A stretch of 64,000 nucleotides of DNA. It comes from Spirochaetota bacterium. GTDB taxonomy: Bacteria; Spirochaetota; Leptospiria; Turneriellales; CBDBES01. Position numbers and translations under genes: made by a program. The stretch is from assembly GCA_965206985.1 (NCBI GenBank), contig CBDBLF010000021.1, positions 38,204-102,203 of the forward strand. The letters are read 5' to 3'. Positions 1 to 9,735 of this stretch are shown here, in pieces (within the stretch, counting starts at the first letter, position 1; each line of letters starts with the position of its first letter). The notes below the pieces were generated by a model. It made no database searches. It was not told the origin of the DNA and saw nothing but the letters and a program-made list of their open reading frames with translations.

Positions 1-768
1 CTGGTTTTTTTAATTCCTTTTCTTATTTTTAGATGGCAAAAAAAAATAAACACAATATTACAGAAAAAGATGATTATTATTTTCCTACTGGGTGGCCTCC
101 AAGGCTTTATTGGCTGGTTTATGGTGAAGAGTGGTCTAAGTGATAAACCACAAGTAAGTCACTATCGTTTGGCCTTGCACTTATCACTTGCCTATCTGAT
201 TTTTTGCTCAATGTTATGGATGATGCTAGGTTTTTACAGACCTCAAATAAGACCTGTTGAACAGAGAAAAAAGAAGTCTCTTCGCTTAAACCAATGGCTG
301 CTCTTCTTTTTGGGTTTCCAAATTATTTATGGAGCTTTTGTAGCAGGTTTGAAAGCAGGTTATATTTATAATACTTTTCCTCTTATGGGTTCTTATTTTT
401 TCCCTGATTCAGCTTTCCACCTCCAACCTTTTTGGATTAATTTTTTTGACAGCAAACCGATGGTTCAATTCATTCACCGTATATTAGGGTATCTTATTTT
501 TTTTCTTGGTATTATTTTCACTTTCCAGATGTACAAAGACTTCCCCAAAGAGAAAATAATCGTTCATATAAGTCTTTTCCTTTTGGTTTTGCAGGTTATT
601 CTAGGAGTCGCAACGCTTGTGTTCGCGGTGCCCACATGGTTGGGAGTGATGCACCAAGGAAATTCACTTTTACTCTTGGCTAGTTATCTCATTTGTCTTT
701 ATAAACAATTGTATGTTGACGGAGCTGATAAAGATAATTTTCTAGCAACTGACACATCTATTGTTTAA
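1..768 (+). CDS. ctaA: Heme A synthase, COX15/CtaA family (5'-truncated by window edge)
   Basis: Frame open from base 1; motifs GWFMVKSGL, VSHYRLALHL, GAFVAGLKAG, VQFIHR, HQ; multi-TM. Confidence 0.9.
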   Translation: MVFLIPFLIFRWQKKINTILQKKMIIIFLLGGLQGFIGWFMVKSGLSDKPQVSHYRLALHLSLAYLIFCSMLWMMLGFYRPQIRPVEQRKKKSLRLNQWLLFFLGFQIIYGAFVAGLKAGYIYNTFPLMGSYFFPDSAFHLQPFWINFFDSKPMVQFIHRILGYLIFFLGIIFTFQMYKDFPKEKIIVHISLFLLVLQVILGVATLVFAVPTWLGVMHQGNSLLLLASYLICLYKQLYVDGADKDNFLATDTSIV

Positions 769-855
769 ATATTTTGGATAAATTGCGTATTTCACACGTA
801 GATAGCGAAAAAAATGTAACTTAAACAAATGTTAATGAGTTTTGAAATATTTTGC

Positions 856-882
856 TAGACGATATGTTCGTTAGACGATATG
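856..882. promoter_or_regulatory. 11-bp direct repeat TAGACGATATG x2 (16-bp period), candidate regulator site
   Basis: Copies at 856-866 and 872-882, about 30 bp upstream of the giant lipoprotein start. Confidence 0.3.
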
Positions 883-913
883 GATGATATAATAATAATT
901 GTACTCTGGTTGA

Positions 914-3900
914 ATGATAGTCATAAACACTTTAAAGCTTATTCTCTTTAGTTTACGCAGAAACAGGAGGAATCTTTCGTCATCGGCCGTAATTGCGATC
1001 TTGTTTTTTTTGATATTTTTGCCTGCCTGCACACCCAACGCTGATATTGTTTTTCAAAAGACGAGACCTGACTCCACCGTTAAGCTTCTTGAGCTACTTA
1101 ATGAAGTGCCCACTCTTAAAGAGATGTTTTCCAACCTAGATCAAGAAGAGTTCAATGAAACGCTCATTGATTTTTTGGGTTATGATATGGAAACCTCCGT
1201 GTTTATGTTAAATCAACTATATCATTTGATTCGTGTGAATCATGCCTTGCCGAAGCTTTTAGACGAGACATCCGGCATTTTACAACTGGCTATGGATTAT
1301 TATCAAGATGAGGCAAATCGTGCTGAGCTTGAGCAGATTGGCCAAGCTTTTGACCGTTTCTCCGAGTCTGAGTTCAGGGAATTTTTTCAAGCAATCAAAT
1401 CGGGTATATCTATTTTGAGTCGAGCAATTTACCAGGTCGGCAATAATGTTCATTTTTTCCCTAATATAACATCTGAGCCTTTTGTCTCTTTAGATGTTTG
1501 GGCAGACTGTTCTATTTCAAATGAGCGTTTTGAAGATGACAAGCCAAGAGATATTAGCAATACACAAGATCGTGAGATAGTTTACAAAGCTTATGAAGTT
1601 TCTCGAACAATATATTGTGGCTTGAATCGCTTATCAGATGGTGACCTCCAGGATTTTTTTGATCAACAAAGTGGTCAATTGAAAACAGTTGGTATGGCTG
1701 ATCTTATTTTATTGGTGAAGTCTCTGGATATAGAAAAGGCTGCTGATGAATTTGTTTACTTATTGAACCATGACAGAGAAAAAATTATTACGATTGATCG
1801 TGAAATGAGTGAATGGCTAGTAACATCACCGGGGAAAAAAAATCTGCTTAATTATGCTATTAATGATTTATATCCAATTTTATTCTCTGAAGATAAAAAT
1901 AGTCTATATCAAGATGGTGCTAAGATTCTTGACAAAGGAATTCCTTTTTTAAGTGCTTTAAATCCAGATAGCTCTGATCATGCAAATAACTATTTACTTG
2001 AATGGCTATTTCTTGCTACATATTCTGATTTAGAAAAAATTAAAAATTTGCAATCTCATGTCAATCTAAACTTAGATAATCACTTATATCATAAAACAAA
2101 TGCTTTAGTCAGCTCCTCTTCCACGGAGAGCTTAAGAAGTGTCTTCAAGCAACCAAGTTGCGCTCCCAATGCTTTTGTAAGGTGGGGGGGAGGAGGTTTT
2201 TTTAGTGACCTCTTCTCACATTTTGTTCCCAGTCGATGTGGGCGAGGGTATGAGCAATTAGATTTTAGACGCTTTTTTGATCATGCTAGTTTTTCATTTC
2301 GCCCCGCAGAAACATTATATTCAAGCAATTTCCAAGGTCTCTTCTATGACAATAGAAATAATAATCATGATGATGATGGTCCAATGAAGGTTTTTGCACA
2401 TGGAAATCATGGTAACTTTTACGGTGCCAGTTCGTTTAGATGGTCAATAAGCTCAAAACTAACTCCTGTTTTGGGCTCTATCCGGCTAGATTATACAGAA
2501 GAATCTCCTATGGAAGGCTTCTTGAATAATTTTTACTATAGTATTGTAGACCAACATTATTCCATTGACGATAATCAATGGAAAGTAGACCGAAGCGTTC
2601 ACGGTAATGCAACATTGCCCGTTTATTTTAGTCGTTTACAGTACTCTCTTTTTAACCTTATGACAATGAATGCGAGTGCTGAGTATGTTAGTCCCACTGG
2701 AAATAGTGCTTCTCTCCTAGATGAATCGAGGCGAGTTCCCTACCTAACTCACTTTTTACACACATTAGCTGGTGCGATGGGCTACCTTGACTTTGAAGCT
2801 GGGCCGGCAAAACAGACACTGGAAACAAGCCTTCGTGCTGTTCAAAGTACCGATATTGCTGATGACGGCATTCAAAAAACTAGGCAGAGTGGTCAAACTG
2901 TTAGCGCCGCTGTTATCTGTAAACCAGAGAAAAATCATGCAATTGGAGGTGAGTCTGTTTGTGATTCAATATTGAAGGATTCAATTTTCAGGAATGGAGT
3001 TCCTTATATGTTGACCTCTAGCATGCCTGTTTATGAACTCCTGACCCCAGGAACCTTCTATGAGAGAAATTCAAGAGTTCATGCACAATCTGATGGGAGC
3101 GTTTATAAGCAGTTGGCGATGCCCATGCCCAATAGTGGGGCTATTGACCAGCGATTTGCTGATGATGCATGGAGAAGGTATAAAGGTCACTTCAGTGTAC
3201 ATCAGGGTGATTTGGTCTCTACCGGCGGGCGTACTGCTGAATGGGCAATGGGACAGTTTCAATTTTTTGCCTGGCGAGGCTATGGGCCCTATACAGTCAA
3301 AGGTAAAGCTCCCAATGGTTCACGTTTAAAATATCAAAACTCCTTTATTACAGACAGCTACAAAGTAAAGGTGTGTAAGGGGAGTACGCATAACTGGCAG
3401 AATTGGCGAGATAAATGTAAACCAGGCAGAGAAAGATATTATGCTCTCGGAAACAATGGTCAGACGTTTAACATGAGCGGTGGATTATTAAATCGTGCTC
3501 AAGAAGGAGCGATTTTGATGTATGAGAATATCTATCGCCCGCAACATAGTGATGATGATTGTTGGTCTGACTCTGAAGGAGAGCAATATGGCTATGCGCG
3601 CTACGGCTATTTGCGTCCCTCTAAAAATTCAAGTTATCGTTGGAAATCTAATTGCTCTAATTGGGTTCGCATACGAGTGGACTTTGATTCAAGAGAACAG
3701 GCTATTGCTGAGAATATGAGCTGGCTTATTTCTTACAAGAAATTTATCTTAATTACACCAAACTCTATCTATGGAAATAAAAAAGTCGCATACAATCATC
3801 ATGGAGCTTCCCTAGGAATTTTTAATATTGCGGTAGGTAACGGTTTGCGGGGCTTTGTTTCTGCAAAATTAGCAGGTTCTGATGATGCCGGATGTCGAGG

Positions 3901-6637
3901 AAGTGCTAAACATCGTTGCAACGGAGTTTGGAATAGTGATGTTAATTACAATATGATGGCTTCCCATGACGATGATGGCAAAATCCCCGCTGGTCCTATA
4001 GCGAATTATGCTGGATTTAGAACAAGCACTACTCAGGTGCTTAAAAAATTGGTTTATTTTGGTAGAACTTCATTTGAGCCAGGAGATTCTGCGCTAATTG
4101 TTGATTATGCTTTTCACAGATGGGGCTTTGCTACTTCAGGAGACACAAAAAGACAAATATTTAAAAACATTAAACGACCTAACACAGATTTTGCGAGTGC
4201 ATTGGCTCCTCTTTTGTCTTTGTCAAGTAAATATCGCATAGCAGACCTTGTTAGTTCCATTCACATAAGGGCATGGTCGTTTGATAAATTTAGGCCATTT
4301 TTTAATCGTTATTTTCCGGATGACCAATATCGTATTGGTTCTGATGCTTTACTTGTTTCTGGTGGCAATGGCATTTCCGATGTTATCGATAAATGGAAAG
4401 TTGGTGTTCAATATCAGCGTTGTCTAGATGCTGATGGTAATCGCATTTTGTTGTGCCTAACCGATCAAGAAATGCCTTACGTCCCCCGTGCAAAAGGTGT
4501 GAGCTACCCCACGGCTTATCATTCCAATGGTAGGGCCAAGAGTTGGTCACCGAGCACTTACTCTGAGCTAAAGCTTTCCGCATTTGTCTCGTTTTTGGTG
4601 CAAATGATGGGTACGTTTCATGAGTCGGGTGAAATATTAGGGGCAAAAAATTCTGCGGGACAATGCTCAAATACTCTACGATTCAGTGGAAATGTTAACC
4701 ATATTAATTTTCGAGACGAAAACGCACATTGTATTTATTATTTTGCAAATGATGGTTTCCGAAAGTATATTCATACATTCTTAAAGGGTATGGTATCCCT
4801 AAATGAAACGAAACAAACATCCATTGGTGCAGTTACACCCATGTATAACAAAAAAGCCCTTCTCAATCAACTTATTGAATCCTCACCGGGCTTAAGAGAT
4901 GGACCTTTGATTGCCATTTTGAGGGATTTTAATTTGGCAAACTTATCCTATTTCAAAAGTGAAATTCAGAAGCTTACTAAAAAGAATATAGAATCTATTT
5001 TAGGTCAGTTTGATCTTTTATCAAAAGAGGGTGGCACTTTTTCAGGTTTAAATAAGCTTCGATATTTTTTCACACAAAATGTAATGAATGAAAATATCTT
5101 TGGTAGTAATCATTTGGGTGGTAATGATATTGTGACGGGAGTTTCTTTATCCAAAAATCCTTTACTTATGGTTAAAAACGATGTACTCCCTTATTTGAGG
5201 CGTCTTACTTCTGATGGGGAGTTAAAAAGATTGTTGATTCAAAGTTTTAGTCTTGTAAATGATTACTTAATATCGATTGGGAAAAACCCCTTAGATATCA
5301 ACTTGAGTAATGTGGATCGAGTATTCAATCAATTTAAAAAGCTATTGCACAAAAAATATGAAAAATACACGACTGACTATTTTATAGACGATATTCTTCA
5401 AAAATTAATTGATTCTGGGTATGATGATCCGGTAAAATTATATGAAATTGACATATTTGAAGTACTTGATGAGCTTCCTGCACTTGCTGCTTGGGTTGAG
5501 AATGTATTTAGCTACAACTTCGAAACAAATATTTTCAGTAAAATATTTGGTGACTATAGATGCAATGAAAATTCTTTTTATGATATAAATAAAAACAGTT
5601 CTTTTGACGAAGGGTTATTCATGTTTAACCGTAGTGCCTACGAGTCTGCAGGCAGTGGTTGCAGATTAAAAGACCAAAAAGATTACTATAGTCTTGAAAA
5701 ATATCAAATAAATATTCATTATTTATCACGTAGTGTAAACCAATGGATGAAAGACGCAAATTCTTCTAAATTTGATTCAATTTTAGAAAAATTATACTCA
5801 TTACCTAGTAACTTAGCGGAGAAAATTACAGAACTGAAAGATGAAGCAATTGTCGATTTCATGGAAAATTCCTTTCAGGAGAGTGCTACAGACACGGACG
5901 GTAATGGGTTCATTGATAGCTTAGATGATTATTTTGATTTTAATAATGATGGTGAATATGGTCAATTTACTATTCCTGATTTAATCAATTTTATTCAGAG
6001 TAAAATGGAAAAATATCTTTTTGAAGAAAAAGAAGGGAAAATTCTAGTAAACCAGACAGTCAAAGGAAGCTTGCAAACAGTTGACCAACTTTTAAATCCA
6101 AGAAATCCAAATTGTTTATCACTGAATGCTGATTGTTCTTACATTACGTCATCGTTTGTCGACCTTCAGAAAAGATTTGCAACAATCACTAAACTTACTT
6201 CAAAAGATTTACAGGGTATTAAAAACCTTACCTCAACATTTGTTTATGATAAGGCTGAAAAACGGCCAACTTATTTGCTAAATACAATGGCAAATAGCTT
6301 GGCTCCCATAGTTCTTGCCTACAAGGGAAAATATGGTAAACTGCTCAATATGCTTTACAATGGTCTAAAAGCGGATGGTTTCTTAACATTCATGGGTAAC
6401 TCATTGGCTCTTCCCGAAGGTTATTCCACCAATGATTTGCTCACTGACTTTCAGACACTTCTTAATACCAAGGTTATGCGTGAATATGATCATCCAGAGA
6501 CTTTCTGGTGGCAATTTGGTGAATTGGTGGGGGGAGTTTCAGGTTATGTTGCCGAGCAACACGGTTATTCTTGGGAAACAAAAGAAGATTACTATAGAAG
6601 AATGGCTACTATTTTTTCTGCTAATGAAAATCATTAA
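914..6637 (+). CDS. Very large (1907 aa) putative lipoprotein of unknown function
   Basis: Basic N-region, hydrophobic stretch and lipobox LPAC; helical-looking ends; Gly/aromatic/Cys-rich centre; Ca-binding-like loops (DTDGNGFID, DFNNDGEY, DINKNSSFD). Confidence 0.75.
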   Translation: MIVINTLKLILFSLRRNRRNLSSSAVIAILFFLIFLPACTPNADIVFQKTRPDSTVKLLELLNEVPTLKEMFSNLDQEEFNETLIDFLGYDMETSVFMLNQLYHLIRVNHALPKLLDETSGILQLAMDYYQDEANRAELEQIGQAFDRFSESEFREFFQAIKSGISILSRAIYQVGNNVHFFPNITSEPFVSLDVWADCSISNERFEDDKPRDISNTQDREIVYKAYEVSRTIYCGLNRLSDGDLQDFFDQQSGQLKTVGMADLILLVKSLDIEKAADEFVYLLNHDREKIITIDREMSEWLVTSPGKKNLLNYAINDLYPILFSEDKNSLYQDGAKILDKGIPFLSALNPDSSDHANNYLLEWLFLATYSDLEKIKNLQSHVNLNLDNHLYHKTNALVSSSSTESLRSVFKQPSCAPNAFVRWGGGGFFSDLFSHFVPSRCGRGYEQLDFRRFFDHASFSFRPAETLYSSNFQGLFYDNRNNNHDDDGPMKVFAHGNHGNFYGASSFRWSISSKLTPVLGSIRLDYTEESPMEGFLNNFYYSIVDQHYSIDDNQWKVDRSVHGNATLPVYFSRLQYSLFNLMTMNASAEYVSPTGNSASLLDESRRVPYLTHFLHTLAGAMGYLDFEAGPAKQTLETSLRAVQSTDIADDGIQKTRQSGQTVSAAVICKPEKNHAIGGESVCDSILKDSIFRNGVPYMLTSSMPVYELLTPGTFYERNSRVHAQSDGSVYKQLAMPMPNSGAIDQRFADDAWRRYKGHFSVHQGDLVSTGGRTAEWAMGQFQFFAWRGYGPYTVKGKAPNGSRLKYQNSFITDSYKVKVCKGSTHNWQNWRDKCKPGRERYYALGNNGQTFNMSGGLLNRAQEGAILMYENIYRPQHSDDDCWSDSEGEQYGYARYGYLRPSKNSSYRWKSNCSNWVRIRVDFDSREQAIAENMSWLISYKKFILITPNSIYGNKKVAYNHHGASLGIFNIAVGNGLRGFVSAKLAGSDDAGCRGSAKHRCNGVWNSDVNYNMMASHDDDGKIPAGPIANYAGFRTSTTQVLKKLVYFGRTSFEPGDSALIVDYAFHRWGFATSGDTKRQIFKNIKRPNTDFASALAPLLSLSSKYRIADLVSSIHIRAWSFDKFRPFFNRYFPDDQYRIGSDALLVSGGNGISDVIDKWKVGVQYQRCLDADGNRILLCLTDQEMPYVPRAKGVSYPTAYHSNGRAKSWSPSTYSELKLSAFVSFLVQMMGTFHESGEILGAKNSAGQCSNTLRFSGNVNHINFRDENAHCIYYFANDGFRKYIHTFLKGMVSLNETKQTSIGAVTPMYNKKALLNQLIESSPGLRDGPLIAILRDFNLANLSYFKSEIQKLTKKNIESILGQFDLLSKEGGTFSGLNKLRYFFTQNVMNENIFGSNHLGGNDIVTGVSLSKNPLLMVKNDVLPYLRRLTSDGELKRLLIQSFSLVNDYLISIGKNPLDINLSNVDRVFNQFKKLLHKKYEKYTTDYFIDDILQKLIDSGYDDPVKLYEIDIFEVLDELPALAAWVENVFSYNFETNIFSKIFGDYRCNENSFYDINKNSSFDEGLFMFNRSAYESAGSGCRLKDQKDYYSLEKYQINIHYLSRSVNQWMKDANSSKFDSILEKLYSLPSNLAEKITELKDEAIVDFMENSFQESATDTDGNGFIDSLDDYFDFNNDGEYGQFTIPDLINFIQSKMEKYLFEEKEGKILVNQTVKGSLQTVDQLLNPRNPNCLSLNADCSYITSSFVDLQKRFATITKLTSKDLQGIKNLTSTFVYDKAEKRPTYLLNTMANSLAPIVLAYKGKYGKLLNMLYNGLKADGFLTFMGNSLALPEGYSTNDLLTDFQTLLNTKVMREYDHPETFWWQFGELVGGVSGYVAEQHGYSWETKEDYYRRMATIFSANENH

Positions 6638-8174
6638 ACTAAAGAGGTCAATTTTGAGATTTTTTTGTTGTACCTTGTTTGCGCTCGTTGCTCTACCTTC
6701 TCATGTGTATGCTGGTTTGGCGGATAGTTATGGCTTTTCTGCCACCGGTCTGGGGCGTGCCGGCACTTTCGTTGCCGATTCCTATGGTTGGGCAGCTTCT
6801 TTCTATAACATGGGTGGTGTCTCTATGATGAGTGCCTCAGAAGTCAAAAGAATTTTAAAAAAACAAAAGGAACAGCAAAGAATAAAATCCCGTCAAAAAA
6901 AAGATTCCCCAAATGTAAAAAATCAAAATTTAGATAAACTGGCTAACATTATTTTGACTTCTGACGCATATAATCAGATTAGTGAAATTGGTCTCACCTA
7001 TCTATACCAGACTACGCAGGGGAAAGTCAACCCAAATCTTTCCACGGTTCAGGAGAAAAAATTTCAAGATCAAGTGCAAAAAAATGCGGCTTCCGCTCAA
7101 CAAAGTCTCAGTTATGGAATAATCCAGCTTGGCATGAGTATTGATTTGCGCCCAATTGTTGCAACTCCGTACAATACCCCAGTTAAACTGGGATTAGCCC
7201 TCACAGTTCGTGATAATGGTTCTTTGGCTAGCCTTAATGATATTGATCCAGGCTCCTACAACTTTTTAAGATACGGAAAAGAAGCCGAAACCATCAATGT
7301 AATTACGGGACTCGGTTTTCAGCTATGGAAAGATCGTCTAAGCTTGGGGGTTGGAGGCAATTTAGGACTAAAAGGCAACGTAACTTTCAACATAACAAAC
7401 GTATCCTTCAAGATTAATAATCCTAGCTCAAGCTCCATTGCAGATTTTCAATTACCAGGGCATGAGTTTAAAACTGACGTGCGTCCTGATTTTTCTGCGG
7501 TTGTTGGGTTTGTTTATATTCAACCGATTTCCTTATCTCAAGAGGTTCGTTTAGGGGGTGCTTATAAACAAGAAACAGAGGTGAACTTGGGACCTATTTC
7601 AGGACTTGCTAAGGTCGATGCACTTAGTATTCCAATTGGTCTCACTTTCTCTTTACTTGATTTTTACATTCCTAATACGTACTCTGCTGGCTTGAGTTAT
7701 CGAGCTAGTTGGGGCAGTTCTGATTTTGTTTTTAGTTACGACCAAGAATATCAAGAGTGGAGTGGAGCATCCTCTTCTGATTCAAAAATATTATTTTTTC
7801 GTAACAAGAGGGTTTCTCTGCCATCGTTAAAAAATGTTCTAATCAGCAAGGCATCTATTGAGTTTCATCCACTATTGTGGCCTTTTGAGCTACGGGGCGG
7901 ATATGCTTATCAGCCCTCTTTTGCACCAGAACAAAATGGTGAGACTAATTTTTTGGATAATGCACGCCACGTTATAGCATTTGGTTTTAGCATTTTATTT
8001 GATGCAAACGTCATCCTCAAAAATAGAAGTCGCTTAAGTTTTGGTATTCAATATCAAGACTCTGACGTGAGGAGAGTTACCAAAAGACCAGAATTGGCTA
8101 AGATCTCGAACCCTGATTATACATATAGCTCTGATGTTTTTATTTTTGGGGCTGATTTTGTTCTATTTTTTTAA
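6624..8174 (+). CDS. FadL/OmpP1-like outer-membrane hydrophobic-compound transporter
   Basis: ATG at 6624 overlaps the upstream stop; signal peptide; N-terminal 'YGFSATGLGRAG...ASFYNMGG' hatch-like motif; 'LRGGYAYQPS...NFLDN'; terminal Phe. Confidence 0.75.
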   Translation: MKIIKLKRSILRFFCCTLFALVALPSHVYAGLADSYGFSATGLGRAGTFVADSYGWAASFYNMGGVSMMSASEVKRILKKQKEQQRIKSRQKKDSPNVKNQNLDKLANIILTSDAYNQISEIGLTYLYQTTQGKVNPNLSTVQEKKFQDQVQKNAASAQQSLSYGIIQLGMSIDLRPIVATPYNTPVKLGLALTVRDNGSLASLNDIDPGSYNFLRYGKEAETINVITGLGFQLWKDRLSLGVGGNLGLKGNVTFNITNVSFKINNPSSSSIADFQLPGHEFKTDVRPDFSAVVGFVYIQPISLSQEVRLGGAYKQETEVNLGPISGLAKVDALSIPIGLTFSLLDFYIPNTYSAGLSYRASWGSSDFVFSYDQEYQEWSGASSSDSKILFFRNKRVSLPSLKNVLISKASIEFHPLLWPFELRGGYAYQPSFAPEQNGETNFLDNARHVIAFGFSILFDANVILKNRSRLSFGIQYQDSDVRRVTKRPELAKISNPDYTYSSDVFIFGADFVLFF

Positions 8175-8195
8175 CTTTCAAACTTAAGTTTAGGG

Positions 8196-8596
8196 TTGAT
8201 CAGAATGAAGCAAAGAAGTTTAAAGAAAACTTTTTTATTTTTGCTGTTTTTTTCTGTTTATTCATTTGCTCTCTTTTCGTACATTGTTAAAATTGAGAAG
8301 GATATGGTGAGTCATAGAGGTATAAAGATGAATGGGCAAGCCATATCTAGAATAAAAATAACATTTTTTTTTCTTTGATAGGCAAAAACATCTCAGAAGG
8401 AAAAAATATCGTAGATTTTTTCACTTTTTTTCTTTATGCTCTTTATTTTTTAGTTCCCATTTTATTAACCAGAGGAAGTGTTTACTTCCTGTACTCACTT
8501 CGATATCCCGATAAAATAGTTTTAGACGGCAAAGAAGAAACTCAACCTGATAGTGTGCTCAACATAATCAAGTCTCAAGAGATACAAAAAAAATAA
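8196..8596 (+). pseudogene. Small membrane protein split into two ORFs at a T9 tract (or two tiny ORFs)
   Basis: ORFs 8196-8378 and 8375-8596 fuse in frame if T9 at 8364-8372 is T10; both halves hydrophobic. Confidence 0.4.
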
Positions 8597-8745
8597 AATT
8601 TAGAAAACTTTACTATATCGATGTTAGCAAATTTTTCTAAATTTTATTTTCGTCCAACACAGACATCTTTAGTTTAATGATTTTCATAAAAACTTTTCTA
8701 AGTCATTTTTCTTTCTACAAGGCAGTACAGGAATTGGTTGGTTGA

Positions 8746-9735
8746 TTATTCTGAAGAAATAAAAAATCGCGCTTCATTATGCTTCATTAATGGAAGCGTC
8801 AAAAAATTGGGTGAAGTGTTATCTGGGCCAGATGTCTCCGATCTCAAGCTTGCTGATGTCGCCTCGAAACTTACAAAGCTGCCTGACCAAAATAAAAGAG
8901 TGCTTCCCCATTCAATATCCAAAGATCCAAATGAACCAACAACCGATGCTGGAGGACCAAAATAAGTGAATACCTCATAAGGTTTTTTGACCTTGTGATT
9001 TTTAATTTGGTGAGCATTATAGATACTTAATGAAAAATATTTATTTTTAATTGCTTTTGACCATTCATGTTTTTTGACGTTTTTTTTCTGAATTACTTTT
9101 TGAGCTTCTTCCAAATGTAGTTTTCGGCCTCTTCCAAAGTCATAAATTCGAAACGTATAATCGGAAGGTTGTTGTATCTCAAAGAAAAGGACAGAACCCT
9201 TTGTCCCATGAATCAGTCCAGGCTCTAGCTCAAATATATCACCCTGTTTGGGCTGCATAATATTGAATAACTCCAAAGGATTGGGGTGTTCTCGCGTTAG
9301 GTCATTGGCTGAATATTGGTCTTTTAGACCAAAGTAGATATTCGCATTTTCCTCAGAATCTAAAATGACCCAACTTTCAAATTTACCCATATTGTTCTTA
9401 TTAAACTTCTCTTTTAAGTCTTCCGTTGAAGGGTGCACCTGAAGCGAAAGAGGTTCTTGGGTAGAAAGTATTTTTAATAAAATTGGGAATACTTCATTCT
9501 TGTTTTGTGAGCCATAATGAAGTGCCTTTTTTTTCCCTTTTTTTTCCCAATAGTCTTGAAATGTTTGTTGTGTAATACCATTTTCAACATGAGTAGGAAA
9601 GTTTTTAATACCAGAAAGTAAAACCAACTCCCCAATCGGTTTTTGGCTTTTATCTTGCTTCCATAGATTTAAATGCTTTCCACCCCATGGTTTAGCAATA
9701 GCGTGAGGCCGTATAACAAGTGGCACATCACCCAC
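8746..9735 (-). CDS. manA: Type I mannose-6-phosphate isomerase
   Basis: KPWGG, PILLKIL, LSLQVHP, GKFESW, PGLIH, EIQQPSDYTFRIYDFGR motifs. Confidence 0.88.
   Translation of the reverse strand: MGDVPLVIRPHAIAKPWGGKHLNLWKQDKSQKPIGELVLLSGIKNFPTHVENGITQQTFQDYWEKKGKKKALHYGSQNKNEVFPILLKILSTQEPLSLQVHPSTEDLKEKFNKNNMGKFESWVILDSEENANIYFGLKDQYSANDLTREHPNPLELFNIMQPKQGDIFELEPGLIHGTKGSVLFFEIQQPSDYTFRIYDFGRGRKLHLEEAQKVIQKKNVKKHEWSKAIKNKYFSLSIYNAHQIKNHKVKKPYEVFTYFGPPASVVGSFGSLDIEWGSTLLFWSGSFVSFEATSASLRSETSGPDNTSPNFLTLPLMKHNEARFFISSE

Noticed and set aside
6432-6623. N-terminal extensions in the ORF track (6432; also 15091, 30764, 11176, 52145, 56738)
   Set aside because: They overlap upstream genes or cross IS boundaries; downstream ATGs fit better
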